Part shown: in pieces, positions 43,185-60,733 of the stretch
How positions within the stretch are numbered: position 1 is the first letter of the stretch
Layout of the letters: each line of letters opens with the position of its first letter
DNA from: the human T2T-CHM13v2.0 reference genome, Homo sapiens
NCBI RefSeq assembly: GCF_009914755.1
Contig: NC_060928.1
Reading direction: 5' to 3' (one strand)
Length of the DNA stretch: 64,000 nt
Program-made: the position numbers and the translations under genes
The notes under the pieces: generated by a model
The model's input: the letters and a program-made list of their open reading frames with translations, nothing else
Database searches by the model: none
What the model was told of the DNA's origin: nothing

Positions 43185-44389
43185 CTTTTGTGCAGCACAC
43201 CTTACTGCAGAAGTCAGGGAAAAGGAAAAGCACAGCCATGTGCTGAAGAAGATCCAAGATGCTCCTAAATAACACAATCCAAGAATGGTGGAGCCTACCT
43301 GTCTCGTAGGAATGTCCCGCTTTCCCCTGTTTGTTTATATATTATATAAAGCTGCTTTTCAAAAAGCTAATGTGGTAGTAGATACTAATAGAAGCCTCAG
43401 TGCTGAAGGATAAAATACATACCTCCCACAGAGTTGTCAGACATATATTTCTTCATAGTCCTATAATAATTTATCTGGTACTGTTTTGCTTTTGCTCTAT
43501 CCAAAATAAGATATTACTAAAATAATATTTGACACTTTGATATGAATTAAATGGAAATTATAGTAAAATGTCCAGAGTCTGAGCCCATGTGATGTTTTCT
43601 GAAAGTAAACAAATAAAATCATATTTTTCTAATTTAAAGAAAACTTTATTACTCAGGGAATGGTTTAATTAACTGCCATTAATAAATCACAGTAGATTAT
43701 CTTTTAATTTCTAGTTTAAGATGTGGCAATAGTCAATTTCATTTTTGCTGTGAGGAGTGTGATTCTAGATTTTCCTGTGTCTACATATAGAGGTTACTGA
43801 TTATGAGGATGTATCTGTAATGCCAAAAGCCTGGCAAATTCAGTGAAGAGAGAGCCCTGTCAGTGGAAATCTGAGTCTGTCTGGATATTTAACAACAAGC
43901 TGAAATGACATCCCCATGTCTGAACCTTTTGTTAAGTTGCTTGACTTGTTTTGACATTTTCATGACATAATCTACATTTACAATTTGTTTCTAATTAAGA
44001 TTATCTTTAATATTTGGTTTCTAATCTATTTCAGGGTGAGAAGTAACAATTATGTTAGCAAACAAGGTACTGTTTATTACATGTATTTATCTACTCTAAG
44101 TTATAAAAGACAATCCCTGTTTTCATTCATTTTTCAAGTCTTCAAATAATTTGAATTACTGAAGCAGATACTAAATTATTAGGGGAATGAATAAGCTTGT
44201 TTTTGGCCAAATTATTAATAGAATTTAGCACCTATGTTGAAAAAAATGTCGCCAGAAGTGTCTCACAGCAGAAAAAGTTTAAGTTAATACAATTAAAGGG
44301 AAAACAATGTATTTTTGTTATTATTTGTCTCAATAATATTTAATTACCATGTACTAGTCATTGGCTATTTTGTACAACTAATATTATGG

Positions 44390-44570
44390 TACTATTTATT
44401 TACTGCTATGTGCTGACTTTGTGACAGACATTGAGCAACTGTTCTACATGTATCATGTCCTTTAATGCTCACAGTAAGTCAGTTGCAATGATAATACAGT
44501 TAAGAGAACTAAGGTACAAGTATTTAAATGATATTCCCAATCTTACAAAACAAGTAAATGGTAAAGCTAT
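44390..44570 (-). mobile_element. MIR SINE fragment
   Basis: TTTAATGCTCACAG..GAACTAAGGTACA..GTAAATGGTAAAGC. Confidence 0.55.
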
Positions 44571-44646
44571 TATAAGTGTGGCATAGATAAGTGAGATACT
44601 GCTATTAACCTTTAGAAGTGTTCAGGATAACAAGAGTTTGACATAT

Positions 44647-45019
44647 TGTATTAGTGTGTTCTCATGCTGCTAATAGAGACATATCTGAGACTGGGTAATT
44701 TATAATGGAAAGAGGTTTAATGGACTCACAGTTCCACATGGCTGGGGAGGCCTCCCAATCGTGGCAGAAAGCGAAGGGGGGGCAAGACACATCTTACATG
44801 GCAGCAGGCAAGAGAGAGCTTGTGTGGGGCAACTCCCTTATAAAACCATCAGATCTTATGAGACTTACTCACTACCTTGATAACAGCAAGCAAAAGACCC
44901 ACCCCCATGATTCAATTGCTTCCCACCACATCCCTTCCACAACACATGGGAATTCATGGGAATTATGGGAGCTACAATTCAAGATGAGATTTGGTTGGGA
45001 ACACAGCCAAACCATATCA
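44647..45019 (-). mobile_element. THE1C-like MaLR solo LTR
   Basis: TGTATTAG..GACTCACAGTTCCACATGGCTGGGGAGGCC..CCAAACCATATCA; perfect TSD CATAT. Confidence 0.95.
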
Positions 45020-45074
45020 CATATGTCATTTGCCAATTTCCTTACCTTTTCTACTTGCAGAATTTGAATTCACA

Positions 45075-45240
45075 AAATAGGAGTCCTGGTCAAATTCTGC
45101 CACTTACACTCACAAACTCTGGCACTTAACAAGTCTGTTAAATATCCTAAACCAGTTTTCTTATAAGTGAAATGACCAATTTCTCAGGTTTATCGTGGGG
45201 GAAAGATGAATCAATGGTTATAAAAACCTTTAGTAATCTG
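45075..45240 (+). mobile_element. MIR fragment
   Basis: GTCCTGG..TCTGCCACTTAC..AACAAGTC..CAGTTTTCTTAT. Confidence 0.5.
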
Positions 45241-45496
45241 AAGTCTGAAATTGTTACTGTCAGATGCAATAGGCATGATGACACTCTAGCCTGTAAATTA
45301 ATTAGTGCAGCTCAAATTGAAGAGATGATTAACTTAACACTTATGTTACTATCAGGGTTTAACCACTGGGGAGTGGGGAGATAAAATCCGCTAAGACAAA
45401 CACATTAAGTAAATATGAATCTATTTTGGTGTCCCTTTCTTCCTCCTTCCCTCCCTCTTTTCCTTATTTCCTTCTTATTCTCAGTATTCAAATTCC

Positions 45497-46013
45497 GTAT
45501 ATAAATGCAGTTGCTGGGGAACCAACAACTCCAACCATTGGTAGTTTTAAATGGCAACCATTTATCATGTCTCATGAGTTGATGTGGTGCCTGAGCAGTT
45601 CTGCTGATCTAGCTGATAACTTGTAGGTGGACTGAAAGCTGGCTGGTCTGGCTCGGGTTCAGAAAGAGTGCCTTGGCACTACTCTGGATGGTTTCTTTCT
45701 TCTAGCAGTTGAGCCTGTACTTATTCTCATGGCAGGCATAGAAATTCAAAAGAGAGTGAAACCTCTTTTGAAGGTACACAAAACCTGTTGTGCCCCAGGA
45801 CAGGTCGTCTGCAAGTGTATACAAAACCTGTTGATGTCTAGACTTGAAACTGGCATTTCTGCTATACCCTGTTGAACAAAAGCAAGTCACAAGACCAGCT
45901 CAGATTAAAGGGGTAGATCTCATTTTGAAAGGGGGATTTGCAAAGTCTTGTTGCAGAGGGTAGGAATCATGGAGGGGTGGAGAACTGAGGGCATTTTTGC
46001 AATCAGTCTCTCA
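45497..46013 (-). mobile_element. Old MLT1 (H/I-like) MaLR solo LTR
   Basis: CAACCATTTATC..TCTCATGGCAG..AAAGCAAGTCACAAGACCAGCTCAGATT..GGCATTTTTGCAATC. Confidence 0.8.
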
Positions 46014-46648
46014 GGCTTCTGTAGTTAGTGTATACACATTTCTCAATTATCTTTCATGGCTATAATCTCCTGTCTACTTTAAATAGTAAGTCAGTCTTTG
46101 GCTGAGGTATCCTTTGGTTTCAGGCACATTCCTCCGTTTTATTACACAATTAGACTGGTATGAGTCCATTAGCATATTTTTGTTGTTGTATGTACTCTGG
46201 GGGATACATAATTATTCATGTTCCCCTTCCAGATTGATATTCACCCCTCTGCACCTCAGGGTATCTCCATAGATAGGCTTGTCCTGGCTGCTTTGAGTGC
46301 CAAGGCCTCCTGCATGTAGTGGTTTTCAGTGCTCAGAGTTCTGTGAAATCGATTCAGTGGAAATTTCTCTCAACACTTACTCACTGCTGCTGGACACCAG
46401 GGACCAGCCCATGGCCACTTTCTTTTATAGACCTTGAAGCTAGACTTTGTAGATTAGACTCATTGAGGTGCAGCAAGCTGCAGAGATGTGGCCTTTACTA
46501 TATCTGTTGATCTAGTAGTTCCTAGTTTTCTTCTGCTTCATACATCCCACTAGGTCTCTAGAACTTTCTGCCAGGCCAAGGTGGGTTTTTGAGTCAGAAA
46601 GGAGTACTAGGACTTTCTTCCTTCCAATGTTGTATTCAATTGGTAGCT

Positions 46649-47583
46649 ATAATAGTCAGGGTTCTTTAGGAAAACAGAACCGATATGACAGATAATAGAC
46701 AGAGATATAGAAAGATACATGAGATGGAATCTTTTAGGGAAATTGGCACACATGATTATGGAGGCTTAGAAGTCCCAGGACAAGTCATCTGCAAGCTGGA
46801 GGCCTTGGGATGCTGGTAGCATGGCTCAGTCCAAGTCCCAAATCCACAGAACCAAGGAAGCTGTTGGTATAATTCTCAGACTAAGCCTTAAGACCTTAAG
46901 ACCAGGGGACCGCTGTTGTAAGACCTATAGTTCAAAGGCCAGAGAGCCTAGAGGTCTGATGTTTAAGAGCATGAGAAGAAAAGCATCACCACTCCAGGAA
47001 AGAGACAGAAAGAGAGAGAAAATAATCTTTTATCTGCTCTTTTTGTTTTATCTGGGCCACCCGTTGATTGAATGGTGCCAGCTCACATTGAGGGCAGACC
47101 TTCCACTCAGTCCACTGACTCACATGCAAATCTCCTCTGAAAACACCCTTCCAGACACATACAGAAGGAATGCCTTACCAGTTCTCTGGGTATTTCTCTT
47201 TCTCTCTCTCTCTCTCTGTATTTTATTTTATTTTTTATTTATTTTTTAGACAGGCTCTCACTCTGTCACCCAGGTTGGAGTACAGAGGTGTGAGTGTGAT
47301 CATGGCTCACTGAAGCCTTAACCTTCTGGGCTAAAGCAATCCTCCCACCTCAGGCCCCAGCAGCTGAGACTACAGGCATGACAGCATGCCTGGCTAATTT
47401 TCATATTTTTTGTAGAGAGGGGTTTTGCCATGTTGTCTAGACTGGTCTCAAACTCCTGGGCTCAAGTGATCCACCTGCCTTAGCCCCCCAAAAATGCGGG
47501 GAATACAGGCATGAGCCACTGTGCCCAGCTTCTCTGGGTATTGCCTAATTCAGTCAACTTGACACTTAAAATTAACCATCACA
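46649..47583 (-). mobile_element. MLT2 (ERVL) solo LTR interrupted by AluJ
   Basis: AGTCAGGGTTCT..ATGATTATGGAGGCT..AAGTCCCA..CTCAGTCCACTGACTCA..AAAATTAACCATCACA. Confidence 0.92.
47195..47529 (-). mobile_element. AluJ SINE with (TC)n/(TATTT)n tail
   Basis: J-type diagnostics; perfect TSD TTCTCTGGGTATT at 47182-47194 and 47530-47542. Confidence 0.95.
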
Positions 47584-47879
47584 GGGACATTGCAAAATAA
47601 AACTACATGGAGTACGTATTACAAATTTTTAAATAGGTAGCTCTTTTTATTTACCATGCTCAGCCATGTTCCACTGAGATAAATCCATGGAACTGTGGTG
47701 GGCAGGCTAGGGGGAACATCAGTACATGTGTTTGCACCTGGACCCAAAGGCCTGGGTGTTAATGTAGAGAGGGATTCCATCAGATATTGTGCCTTCCTTT
47801 ACGGAGACATTTAACACCTTTTTGTGATTTTGGTAATACATTTGTAAGTTCAAAAAAATTGATTGCACCTTGCTTCCTT

Positions 47880-51055
<3,176 letters not shown>

Positions 51056-53109
51056 CCTTAAGTTGTCTCACCAATTTTTCCCTAAGCTTTTTAATTTGTG
51101 CTTCATGCACTTCTTCCTAGAAGCAATTGTTTCATTATTTTTTTCAATTTGTGTGAAAAGGATTGATCTTTTTTTTCTATTTTAAGCAATGCATTTTCTG
51201 ATAAGTGGGTTTTAAATATCTGTTTATACATTTTGTTTCTTTTGTAAAGATTTTAAAAGTCTTTCTACGGCTAAAGTAGCAGTTTTCTTTTTCTACTCAA
51301 TTGTGAATAAATTAGATTTTTCTAGGTCAGATATTTACAGGACATTGCTATGCATCAGTGAAGGAAAAGTTCTGATTCTTTGTCCAGGTTACGTAAAACA
51401 GAGGCTCCTGTCTTTACTGTTTCCACAGAGGTGGTGTTTAACTCACCTCCTCTACTGTCTGATTCTAACCATATCCAGGGTACATTTTGCAACTAACCTT
51501 GTCAGCCCCAAGTATCTTAATAGCCTTGTCCAATGGACACAACCTGTGAACCCTGATGGTAAATCCTTGAGCTTCAGGACATGTATGTGCCTCTTGTAGT
51601 ATTTTTGGATGTTTGCCGATACTGGTTTCTCCACATACACTTTGCACCTAAACCTGTAATTCTCCGACACTTGGTTTCAACTATATCTCATTCTTGCCCA
51701 CCACAGCTCTCACTATGGATGTTATAAATTCAAAATATTGCTTTTGCTCTTTAGAGTAAACCTTTCACAACCAAGGTGCCCATTCTGGGGTCATCTTCTA
51801 TAATCTGTTGCCTCTGAATACCCTTGACCTTCCGCATTGCTCTTCCCACGTGGCTCGGCCAATTTCAGTTGTTCTTGACTTTTGAGAATGAAGTCAGCAA
51901 AATTTAGTTTGTTTGATTATTTATGGAGTTTTTGTTGTTTTGTTTGTTTTCCAGGAGTAGCAAATTACTCATTCTAGTGTCTTCTGTAGAATTGTATCTC
52001 AGAAGTTATATCTGTTCTTCCTTATAATATGGACTTCAGCTGTACTGATTAAAGAGAAATGCTGGAATATTTTGAATTGAAATAGTCTGGGTTTGGAGTG
52101 AGAGAGAGTGGGGTCTTATTTCTATTTCCTCTTCAATAGGTGTTTTCTCCACCCCTATGGAAATTCACGTATTATAGATTATAAATGTGAGGGAAAAGCA
52201 CTGCCAAACTTTGATCAAAATGCAAATGTGTATGTCTATCCAGTTTGTACCAAACATCAAACTCAAATGTAGTAAAAAACAGCAAAAAAAATCTCATGGG
52301 AAAGATTTCTAAGCACACTTTAATAATTCAAAATGAGGTAGCACGTTAAGCTGAATAGAGAATCATCTTACAGAGAAATGTGATACACTCTTTAAGCTCA
52401 AAATAATTATGTTTATTATTTTGCTTATTATGGTTTAAATTCATTAATATTTAAATATTCTCAACATTAATTTAACTGTCATTTTATCAACATATTTACA
52501 CAGAAATTAGAGAAAAATATTATTTGTAACATTTCTTTCCTTATCTTCACTCATTCTCAAAATACCCCCTTGTCTCTCCAATTCTCTTTCAGCTTTTTAA
52601 GTACAGTTTCCAATAATCCCAGACATAGAGCAGAATTAATTTGGATTTAGATTAATAAACTCTTGAAAGGATTTATTTTTGTCTTATTTTTCTAAACTTA
52701 TTTGAAAGTATACTTCCCAGGAGACACATATTGATACCATTTTTGGTTTAATAACTGCTGAGTCTTTGGAGCTAGAAGGGTGATTTATGCAAGCATCCTA
52801 TGGAAAAAGCAATAATTTTTATTGATTAATGTAGTTTAAGTAAAAACTTTCCTAAATCAAATAATTCACTGTAAGAAACAGACATTAACAATCTATTTGA
52901 AAATGTGAAAATTCTATGATTCTCCAAAAGAATTATATTTTTTATGTGGGATTTTGCCATTTCACTTTAATTCAACAAATAGGCATTGAATTCACACTCT
53001 GAAAAGTGTTACATAAAAATTTTAAAAATCTACTATGATGATAATTAAAAACTGAATGTAGTTTTATAGATATATAGATTAGATAGGTATGTAGATTGTT
53101 AGAAAAATG

Positions 53110-53122
53110 GATAGATAGATAC

Positions 53123-53163
<41 letters not shown>

Positions 53164-53181
53164 CAGACAGATAGATAGATA
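53110..53181. repeat. Compound tetranucleotide STR (GATA)3 CATA (GATA)9 (GACA)2 (GATA)3
   Basis: Counted directly from the sequence. Confidence 0.95.
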
Positions 53182-53229
53182 GCCTTCCTATGCTTACATA
53201 GATTAGGAGCACCAAAGAGTGAGTGATAC

Positions 53230-53700
53230 CACATTATAGATCATGAAGTTACAGAATAAAAGTATTAGAAGGCACCATAGATGTCATATAGTCTAATACC
53301 TCACTAAAGTTCAGTACCAATAAGTGATTTCCCCAATTATCTTTTAAGACTTTGCTAATTATCTAAAAGATTTTTTATATAACACTGAATTTTGTTTCTT
53401 AGAAACTTTTATCTTTTAACTGTATTTGTACCCTTTAGAGCCATATATACTAAGTGTACTTTCTATTTCCAATTATAATACATAAAATACATGAAGGCAG
53501 TCTGTGTTTCTTACTTAAAATTCCTCCTTTTCAGACTAACATATCTAGTTCATTCAGTGATGTCCAAATAATATGATGTAAGTCCATTCTCTTTCTGATC
53601 ATTTTCTTTTCAGTGTCTTCCAGATTGCTAGTGGTCTACATTTTTTTTATCCTGGTGCCCAGAACTAAAGAAAAATATCTGGGTATGATCAAAGTAAGAT
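53230..53700 (-). mobile_element. CR1/L3-like ancient LINE remnant
   Basis: TTAGAAGGCACCATAGATGTCATATAGTCTAA; CCTTTTCAGACTAAC..; GGTGCCCAGAACT. Confidence 0.45.
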
Positions 53701-53783
53701 TATTTTACATTCATTCCTTGGAAATATTTCTGAAGTTGGGCTGTCTCTGAAGAGATTCGTGCTTAATATTACCACTCTGTCAC

Positions 53784-54167
53784 TGTATTAGTCCATTCTC
53801 ACACTGCTATAAAGACATACCTGAGGTGGGGTAACTTACGGAGAAAAGAGGTTTAATTGACTCACAGTTCCATAGGCTGTGCAGAAGACATGGCTGGAAG
53901 CCTCAGGAAACTTACAATCATAACAGAATGTGAAGGGGAAGCAGGCGCAATCTTCACATGGTGGAGCAAGAGAGAAAGCTCAAAGTGGGAAGTGCTACAC
54001 ACTTTTAAACAGCCAGATCTCAGGAGAACTCACTCACTATCATGAGAACAGCAAGGGGGAAAATCCACCCCCATGATCCAATCATCTCCTACCAGGCCCC
54101 TCCTGCAACACTAGGAATTACAATTCAACAGGAGATTTGGGCAGGGACACAGAGCCAAATCATATCA
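53784..54167 (-). mobile_element. MSTA-like MaLR solo LTR
   Basis: TGTATTAGTCCATTCTCACACTGCTATAAAG..CCTCAGGAAACTTACAATCAT..CATATCA; perfect TSD GTCAC. Confidence 0.94.
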
Positions 54168-54393
54168 GTCACTTAAAATATTTTTAGAGCATAGAATACT
54201 GGGATCTTATTACTCTTGACTAATATACTGATAAGAACTATATTCTTATCATTATAGAGACTTAAAATAAATCTATTAAGTCCCTTGTGATAATAAGTTA
54301 CTAATTGAACAGGTTACTATTACTATTTTTAATTTACCCTAACATTAAAAAAATGAAGAAGAAAATTGTTCTACAGAAATCTCAGTAACCAGC

Positions 54394-54453
54394 TGTATTA
54401 GACAGCGTTCTCTAGAGCAACAGAACTAGTAGGAGATATAGATAGATGCTGAC

Positions 54454-54498
<45 letters not shown>

Positions 54499-54991
54499 TG
54501 AAGGAGAGTTTATTAAGGAGTATTGACTCACAAAATCCCAGGGCAAAGTCCCACAATAGGAAGCCTGCAAGCTGAGGAGCAAGGAAGCCAGTCTGAGTCC
54601 CCAAACTTCAAAAGTATGGAAGCCGATGGTACATCCTTCACTCTGTGGCCAAAGGCCCTAGAGCCCCCTGGCAGATCACTGGTGGAAGTCTCAGAGTCCA
54701 AAAGCTGAATAACTTGGAGTCTGATGTTAGAGGGCAGGAAGCATTCAGCACGGTAGAAAGATAAAGCCCCAAGACTCAGCGAGCCAAGTCCTTCCAACTT
54801 CTGCCTGATTTATTCTAGTCATGCTGGCAGCTGATTAGATGATGCCCACCCAGATTGAGGATGGGTTTGCCTCTCCCAGTCCACTGACTCAAATGTTAAT
54901 CTCCTTTGGCAATACCCTCACAGACACACCCAGGATCAATACTTTGCATCCTTCAATCCAATCAAGTTGACAGTCAATATTAACCATCACA
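54394..54991 (-). mobile_element. MLT2A (ERVL) solo LTR with internal (GATA)n
   Basis: TGTATTAG..GTTCTCTAGAG..GCAAGCTGAGGAGCAAGGAAGCCAG..AATATTAACCATCACA; GATA run at about 54455-54497. Confidence 0.94.
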
Positions 54992-55314
54992 GAGGCATTT
55001 GATTTTCTTCTGCAAAATACATCAATAAACCCAGCCAGAAGAGCACAACTTCTGTTAATTATTCAAAGCCCTTTCAGTTGATTAAATCAAACATTCTATC
55101 AACTGGATTCAATTTAATGTACACTTGTATGACCAAAGAGTATCTACCTGTTGACACCTAAACAATGTAGAAAAATATATATTTAATGACATACTTTATA
55201 TAGATTTTTTGCCCATGTGATCCATCAAGCCCATAGAGAAACTTTATTTTAACATCTGGTAAAATGAAAGGATGGCAGCTGTTATTATTAATACAACTAA
55301 AAAGCTACTGATGG

Positions 55315-55596
<282 letters not shown>

Positions 55597-56189
55597 TTAA
55601 TTAGGAAATGGAAGCTATGCGTATGAATTTTTCCTGAATTCTAATGGATCCACACAAAAGCCTTTTATAAAGGTTTAAGTGCAAAATGCTGAACTTGTTT
55701 TTCTCTAATTTTTATGCCATTAGATTTATCAGTTCACATTAGAGAAGGAATTAACTAGTGCTTATATGTGTTTGAAATTCTGGGAGTAATTTTAGAAATA
55801 ATGTGTTGATAAAACTAGTCTTTTCTAATTTTTGCTATTCCAAGCTCTCCAAGAAGCTTCGGAAGCTTTCAACTATATTTGTATTTTAAAATGCACTCAT
55901 TATACAACTTCAGCCCTGCCTCTCTTTCTCCTATTTTTCCTCTTATCCCAATGTTTATTTTTGTCAGCTAAAGTATGTTAGAATAAAAAATAGCTACCAC
56001 TAAGTAATGCTATCACTATCATTTATCAGAAAAGGCTACATTTGAGCAGTAAAGTAATGGAAAGGGCGTAATCTCTGATTAAACAACAATTACCAAACTC
56101 ATAGGACATTAGAAAATATAAAGATTTTGAAAAGAGCATATAAAATGTTTAATGTAGGTAAACACAAAATATTATATCTACAATATTTA

Positions 56190-56390
56190 TGATAATAACT
56201 AACATTTACTGAGTGCTTACCATCTGCCAAACACTGTGTATGTTATTTAATTCTCAATCTGCTATGACAGAGTGCTGATATTATTTATTTATTTATAAGA
56301 GAAACATTGAAACAACTGATCAGTAGTGTAACAGGGTTTACAAAAATACTACATTTTTTTTTAACTTCAGAGCTTAAACTGCTGACAAAT
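56190..56390 (-). mobile_element. MIR fragment
   Basis: CTAACATTTACTGAGTGCTTACCATCTGCCAAACACTG. Confidence 0.65.
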
Positions 56391-57678
56391 GTATAATATT
56401 TACAGGTTTACTATTCTTTTATTGGTCCAATATTGTCAAGTTGGGGATCTTTCAAAGAACAACATAGAGCTCAAATCCAATAACTCCTTTTCTTATTTTG
56501 GTCATGAATTTTTCAAAAATCAGATTTCACATGAGTAGTTGATGAAACTCAACTCAAATTTTTTACTTTATTTATTTATTTATTTTGTTGTTCCAAACTT
56601 CTCAGTGAATTAAAAGAAGCTTATTCCAATTACTTCCACGCTTCTCTTCCATTTCCTTATAGGATTTCAAAGCAGAAAATTGGAGAAGAAAGGCAAGATG
56701 CCTACTTTTGAAATCTTGATGAAGAGAGGTGGAGGGTGATTTCTACTTTTCAGCTTCATTTTTACCTTGGGACGATCGTTACACCTATAGCCTTGGTAGC
56801 TCAAATTTAAAAATTAGGACTTTCTGATAAGGAGCCATGGTCAATTGAAAACCACATCTCAAAAACATAGGATTGGATAATTCTAAAAATATCATTTAAG
56901 TCCATGATTGCATGCTTATATAACTAGTTCAGACATCTGTTTCTGCTAAGAGAAAAAAATATCAATTTAAACACTTCATTAAATAAGGTGTTCTACTCTT
57001 GATGATAACTCTGATGTTCATCAGTAAAAAGAGTAAAACTGGTGAGTCTTGGCCTCTAGAATTTGTCTAGTTTCTCTAAGATTTGTAATGTATTAATGTG
57101 AAGTTATCTCACTATTCTTTTATCTTTAAAATCTTTGTTGTATCTATATTTGTATCCTCTTGTAAACTTCTAATATTGATGATGTGTCTTTTTTTCCATT
57201 TTCTTTATCAATCTCTTCAAATATTATCTGTTTTATTAATTTTTTAAGAATTCTATTCTGGTTTATCAATCCTATTTTATATTTTTTTTGTTTTCATGTT
57301 ATGTTTTTAATTTATTATCTTTTGCTTCTAGTTTCTATGAGTTAATTCTTTTTTGCCTTTCTAATTTCTTTAATTAGATAGTTGTTTCATTGTTTGTAAC
57401 TTTTCTTCTCTTTCAATGTAAGCCTTCAAGACTAAATTCCCTTAAGGGTGCCATAGCCACTTCATCCTCCACATTTTGCTGTAGTATTTTTATTATAATT
57501 TGTTTCTACACATTTTAAATTTCCATTGTGATTTCTTCTTTGATCGTAGATATATTTATGTGTGTTATATAATTTTCTAATATGTAAGGATTTTAGTTTA
57601 TCCTTGTGTTTTTTTTTCTAACTTAACTGCATTTTGTTTAGAAAATGTTTCATTAGGCACTTTTAAGGTACTTTAAAG

Positions 57679-58540
<862 letters not shown>

Positions 58541-59869
58541 CTTTAAAGTTTGAGATTCCATTTATGGACTACTATATGATCACATTTTATAAATCTTGTA
58601 TATATATACTTGAGAACAATGTGCATTCTTAATCCTTGAGTGCAGGGTTCTACATACGCCTATTAAATCAACCTTACAAATTGTACTGTTCAAATGTAGC
58701 ATGCCTTAACCAACTTTTTATCTGGTTTCCTACTTAACAAAAATAAAAAGACAAGTTTTGAAATTCCTCATGATAATAGATGTTTTGTCAATTTCTGCTT
58801 TAGATTTAACAATTTGGACTTTCTATATTTTAAGGCTATTTTGTTTTGAACATGCAAATTTAAAATTTGCATTTCTTTCTCCTCATTTAATCTACTGATA
58901 TATAGTACTTTGTTTCCAAAATAATATTTCTTTTGTTTTAAATACTTTTTTATTTTATTAACATAGTACAGGTACTTTTCTTGTGATGTTTTCAACCTTT
59001 CATATCTGTATGGTTTAAGTGTATTTCTTATGAATCAATATAATTGACCTGGTTTTCCATCTAACATTATAATAATACCTAGCTGATAGCTAGTGAATAT
59101 ACCATAACTACATTTGTTTTCTTATTGCTATTATATTTGTAAGTCACGTCTTCAATCTTTCCTTGTGCTTTCTACTTGACCTGTTGTCAAATAGATTCTT
59201 CATCTTTTTGGCTGTTTGACTTTTCTAAAATATTTTTTTTGTTTTATTATTTATTTCCTTATTAAACCAGCATTCAGTATTTATTTCTTTTAGTAACCCC
59301 ATATTTATTTTCTATTTTTCTATATAAATAATGTATGTTTTATTTTGTTTATTAATTTCTGTGTTCATTATTTCTTCTTGCATCCTAAACATTTGCTCTG
59401 GGATACTTATTATTTTAAAATATTATATCCATTAGAATCTAGTTTAAATTTTAAACTAGAATCTGCAGTCTGCTGGTGACAAAATCAACTTTTTTGTATG
59501 TGAAATATACCTTTTTTCACTCTCATTCTTGAAAGGTAATTGTTGTGAACACGCAAATCTAGACTGACAGTTTTTCCTCCACCTTCCTAGCATTTTGACA
59601 ATATAATTTCTTTGTCTTTTTTTCCTGTTGTTTCTATTAAGAAGTCTACTGTTGGACAAACTGTAATTTAGCTCTCATCCTCTTACACCTCATTATTGAC
59701 CAATCACATTTCTTCTCATTGGTTAAAAAGACTTCAGAGTTTAGAAGTGCATTAAAAGCTTTTTTTTCTTTTATCTAGTAACTATATGTCATCAGGGGCC
59801 CTTCAAAGTATCTAGTTTTCTCTGTTTTAGAAATATGACATCCTTTAGCTTTTGTTTTTCAAGCAGCAG

Positions 59870-60055
59870 ACTGACTGTGTTCAGAATTTTGACACACTTT
59901 AATATCTCTCCACATTAGTTTCCTTGTTTTCAAAAATGAGGGCAATAATTGCAACTACCTCAAGAACAATTAGATTGTTTCATAAGTTAAATGAGCTAAC
60001 GAATCTACAGGAATTAAAACTGTGACTGGAACACTGTAGACACTCAGTAAGTAAA
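59870..60055 (+). mobile_element. MIR SINE
   Basis: AGTTTCCTTG..AAAATGAGGGCAATAAT..ACTACCTCA..TTAAATGAGCTAA..GACACTCAGTAA. Confidence 0.7.
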
Positions 60056-60357
60056 TGGTGGGTGGTTGTGGTGGTAGTAGTAGTTCCTGGTGATATAGTA
60101 GTACTTACTAAAGGGACATAAGTCTTCTACTATAGCACTAATGCAACTTTTAATATCATTTTAAATTACTGAAGACAAAATATGATTAATCCTGATACTA
60201 CTAAATCCCTTGCTTTTCATGATGAAAAAGTGGTATTAGTTTGTCTTCCCAATGAGGGTTAAAACACATTGACAGTAGATTTTGTCTCTTATCTTTTATT
60301 TGTATTTTCTCTGTAGCTTACACAGTGCATAGTGAATAGTGGATTCTAATTACAGCT

Positions 60358-60733
60358 TGTATTAGTTCGTTTTCACACTATAAAGAGTTTCCTGAGACTG
60401 GATAATTTATAAAGGAAAGAGGTTTAATTGACTCACAGTTGCATATAGCTGGAAAGGCCTCAGGAAACTTACAACTATGGTGGAAGGGGAAACAGGTACA
60501 TCTTACATGGTGACAAGTGAGACAGAGAGTGAATGTGTGTAGGAGGAACTGTCAAATGCTTATAAAACCATCAGATCTCATGATAACTCACTCACTATCA
60601 AGAGAACAGCATAGGGAAAATCACCCCCATGATCCAGTCACCTCCCACCAGGTCCCGCCCTCAATATATAGAGATTATGGGAATTATAATTTAAGATGAG
60701 AAATGGGTAGGAACACAAAGCCTAACCATATTA
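60358..60733 (-). mobile_element. THE1D-like MaLR solo LTR
   Basis: TGTATTAGTTCGTTTTCACAC..GCCTCAGGAAACTTAC..CCTAACCATATTA; perfect TSD CAGCT. Confidence 0.94.

Noticed and set aside
44705-47249. 120-aa and 142-aa ORFs
   Set aside because: Lie within THE1 and MLT2 LTRs; chance frames
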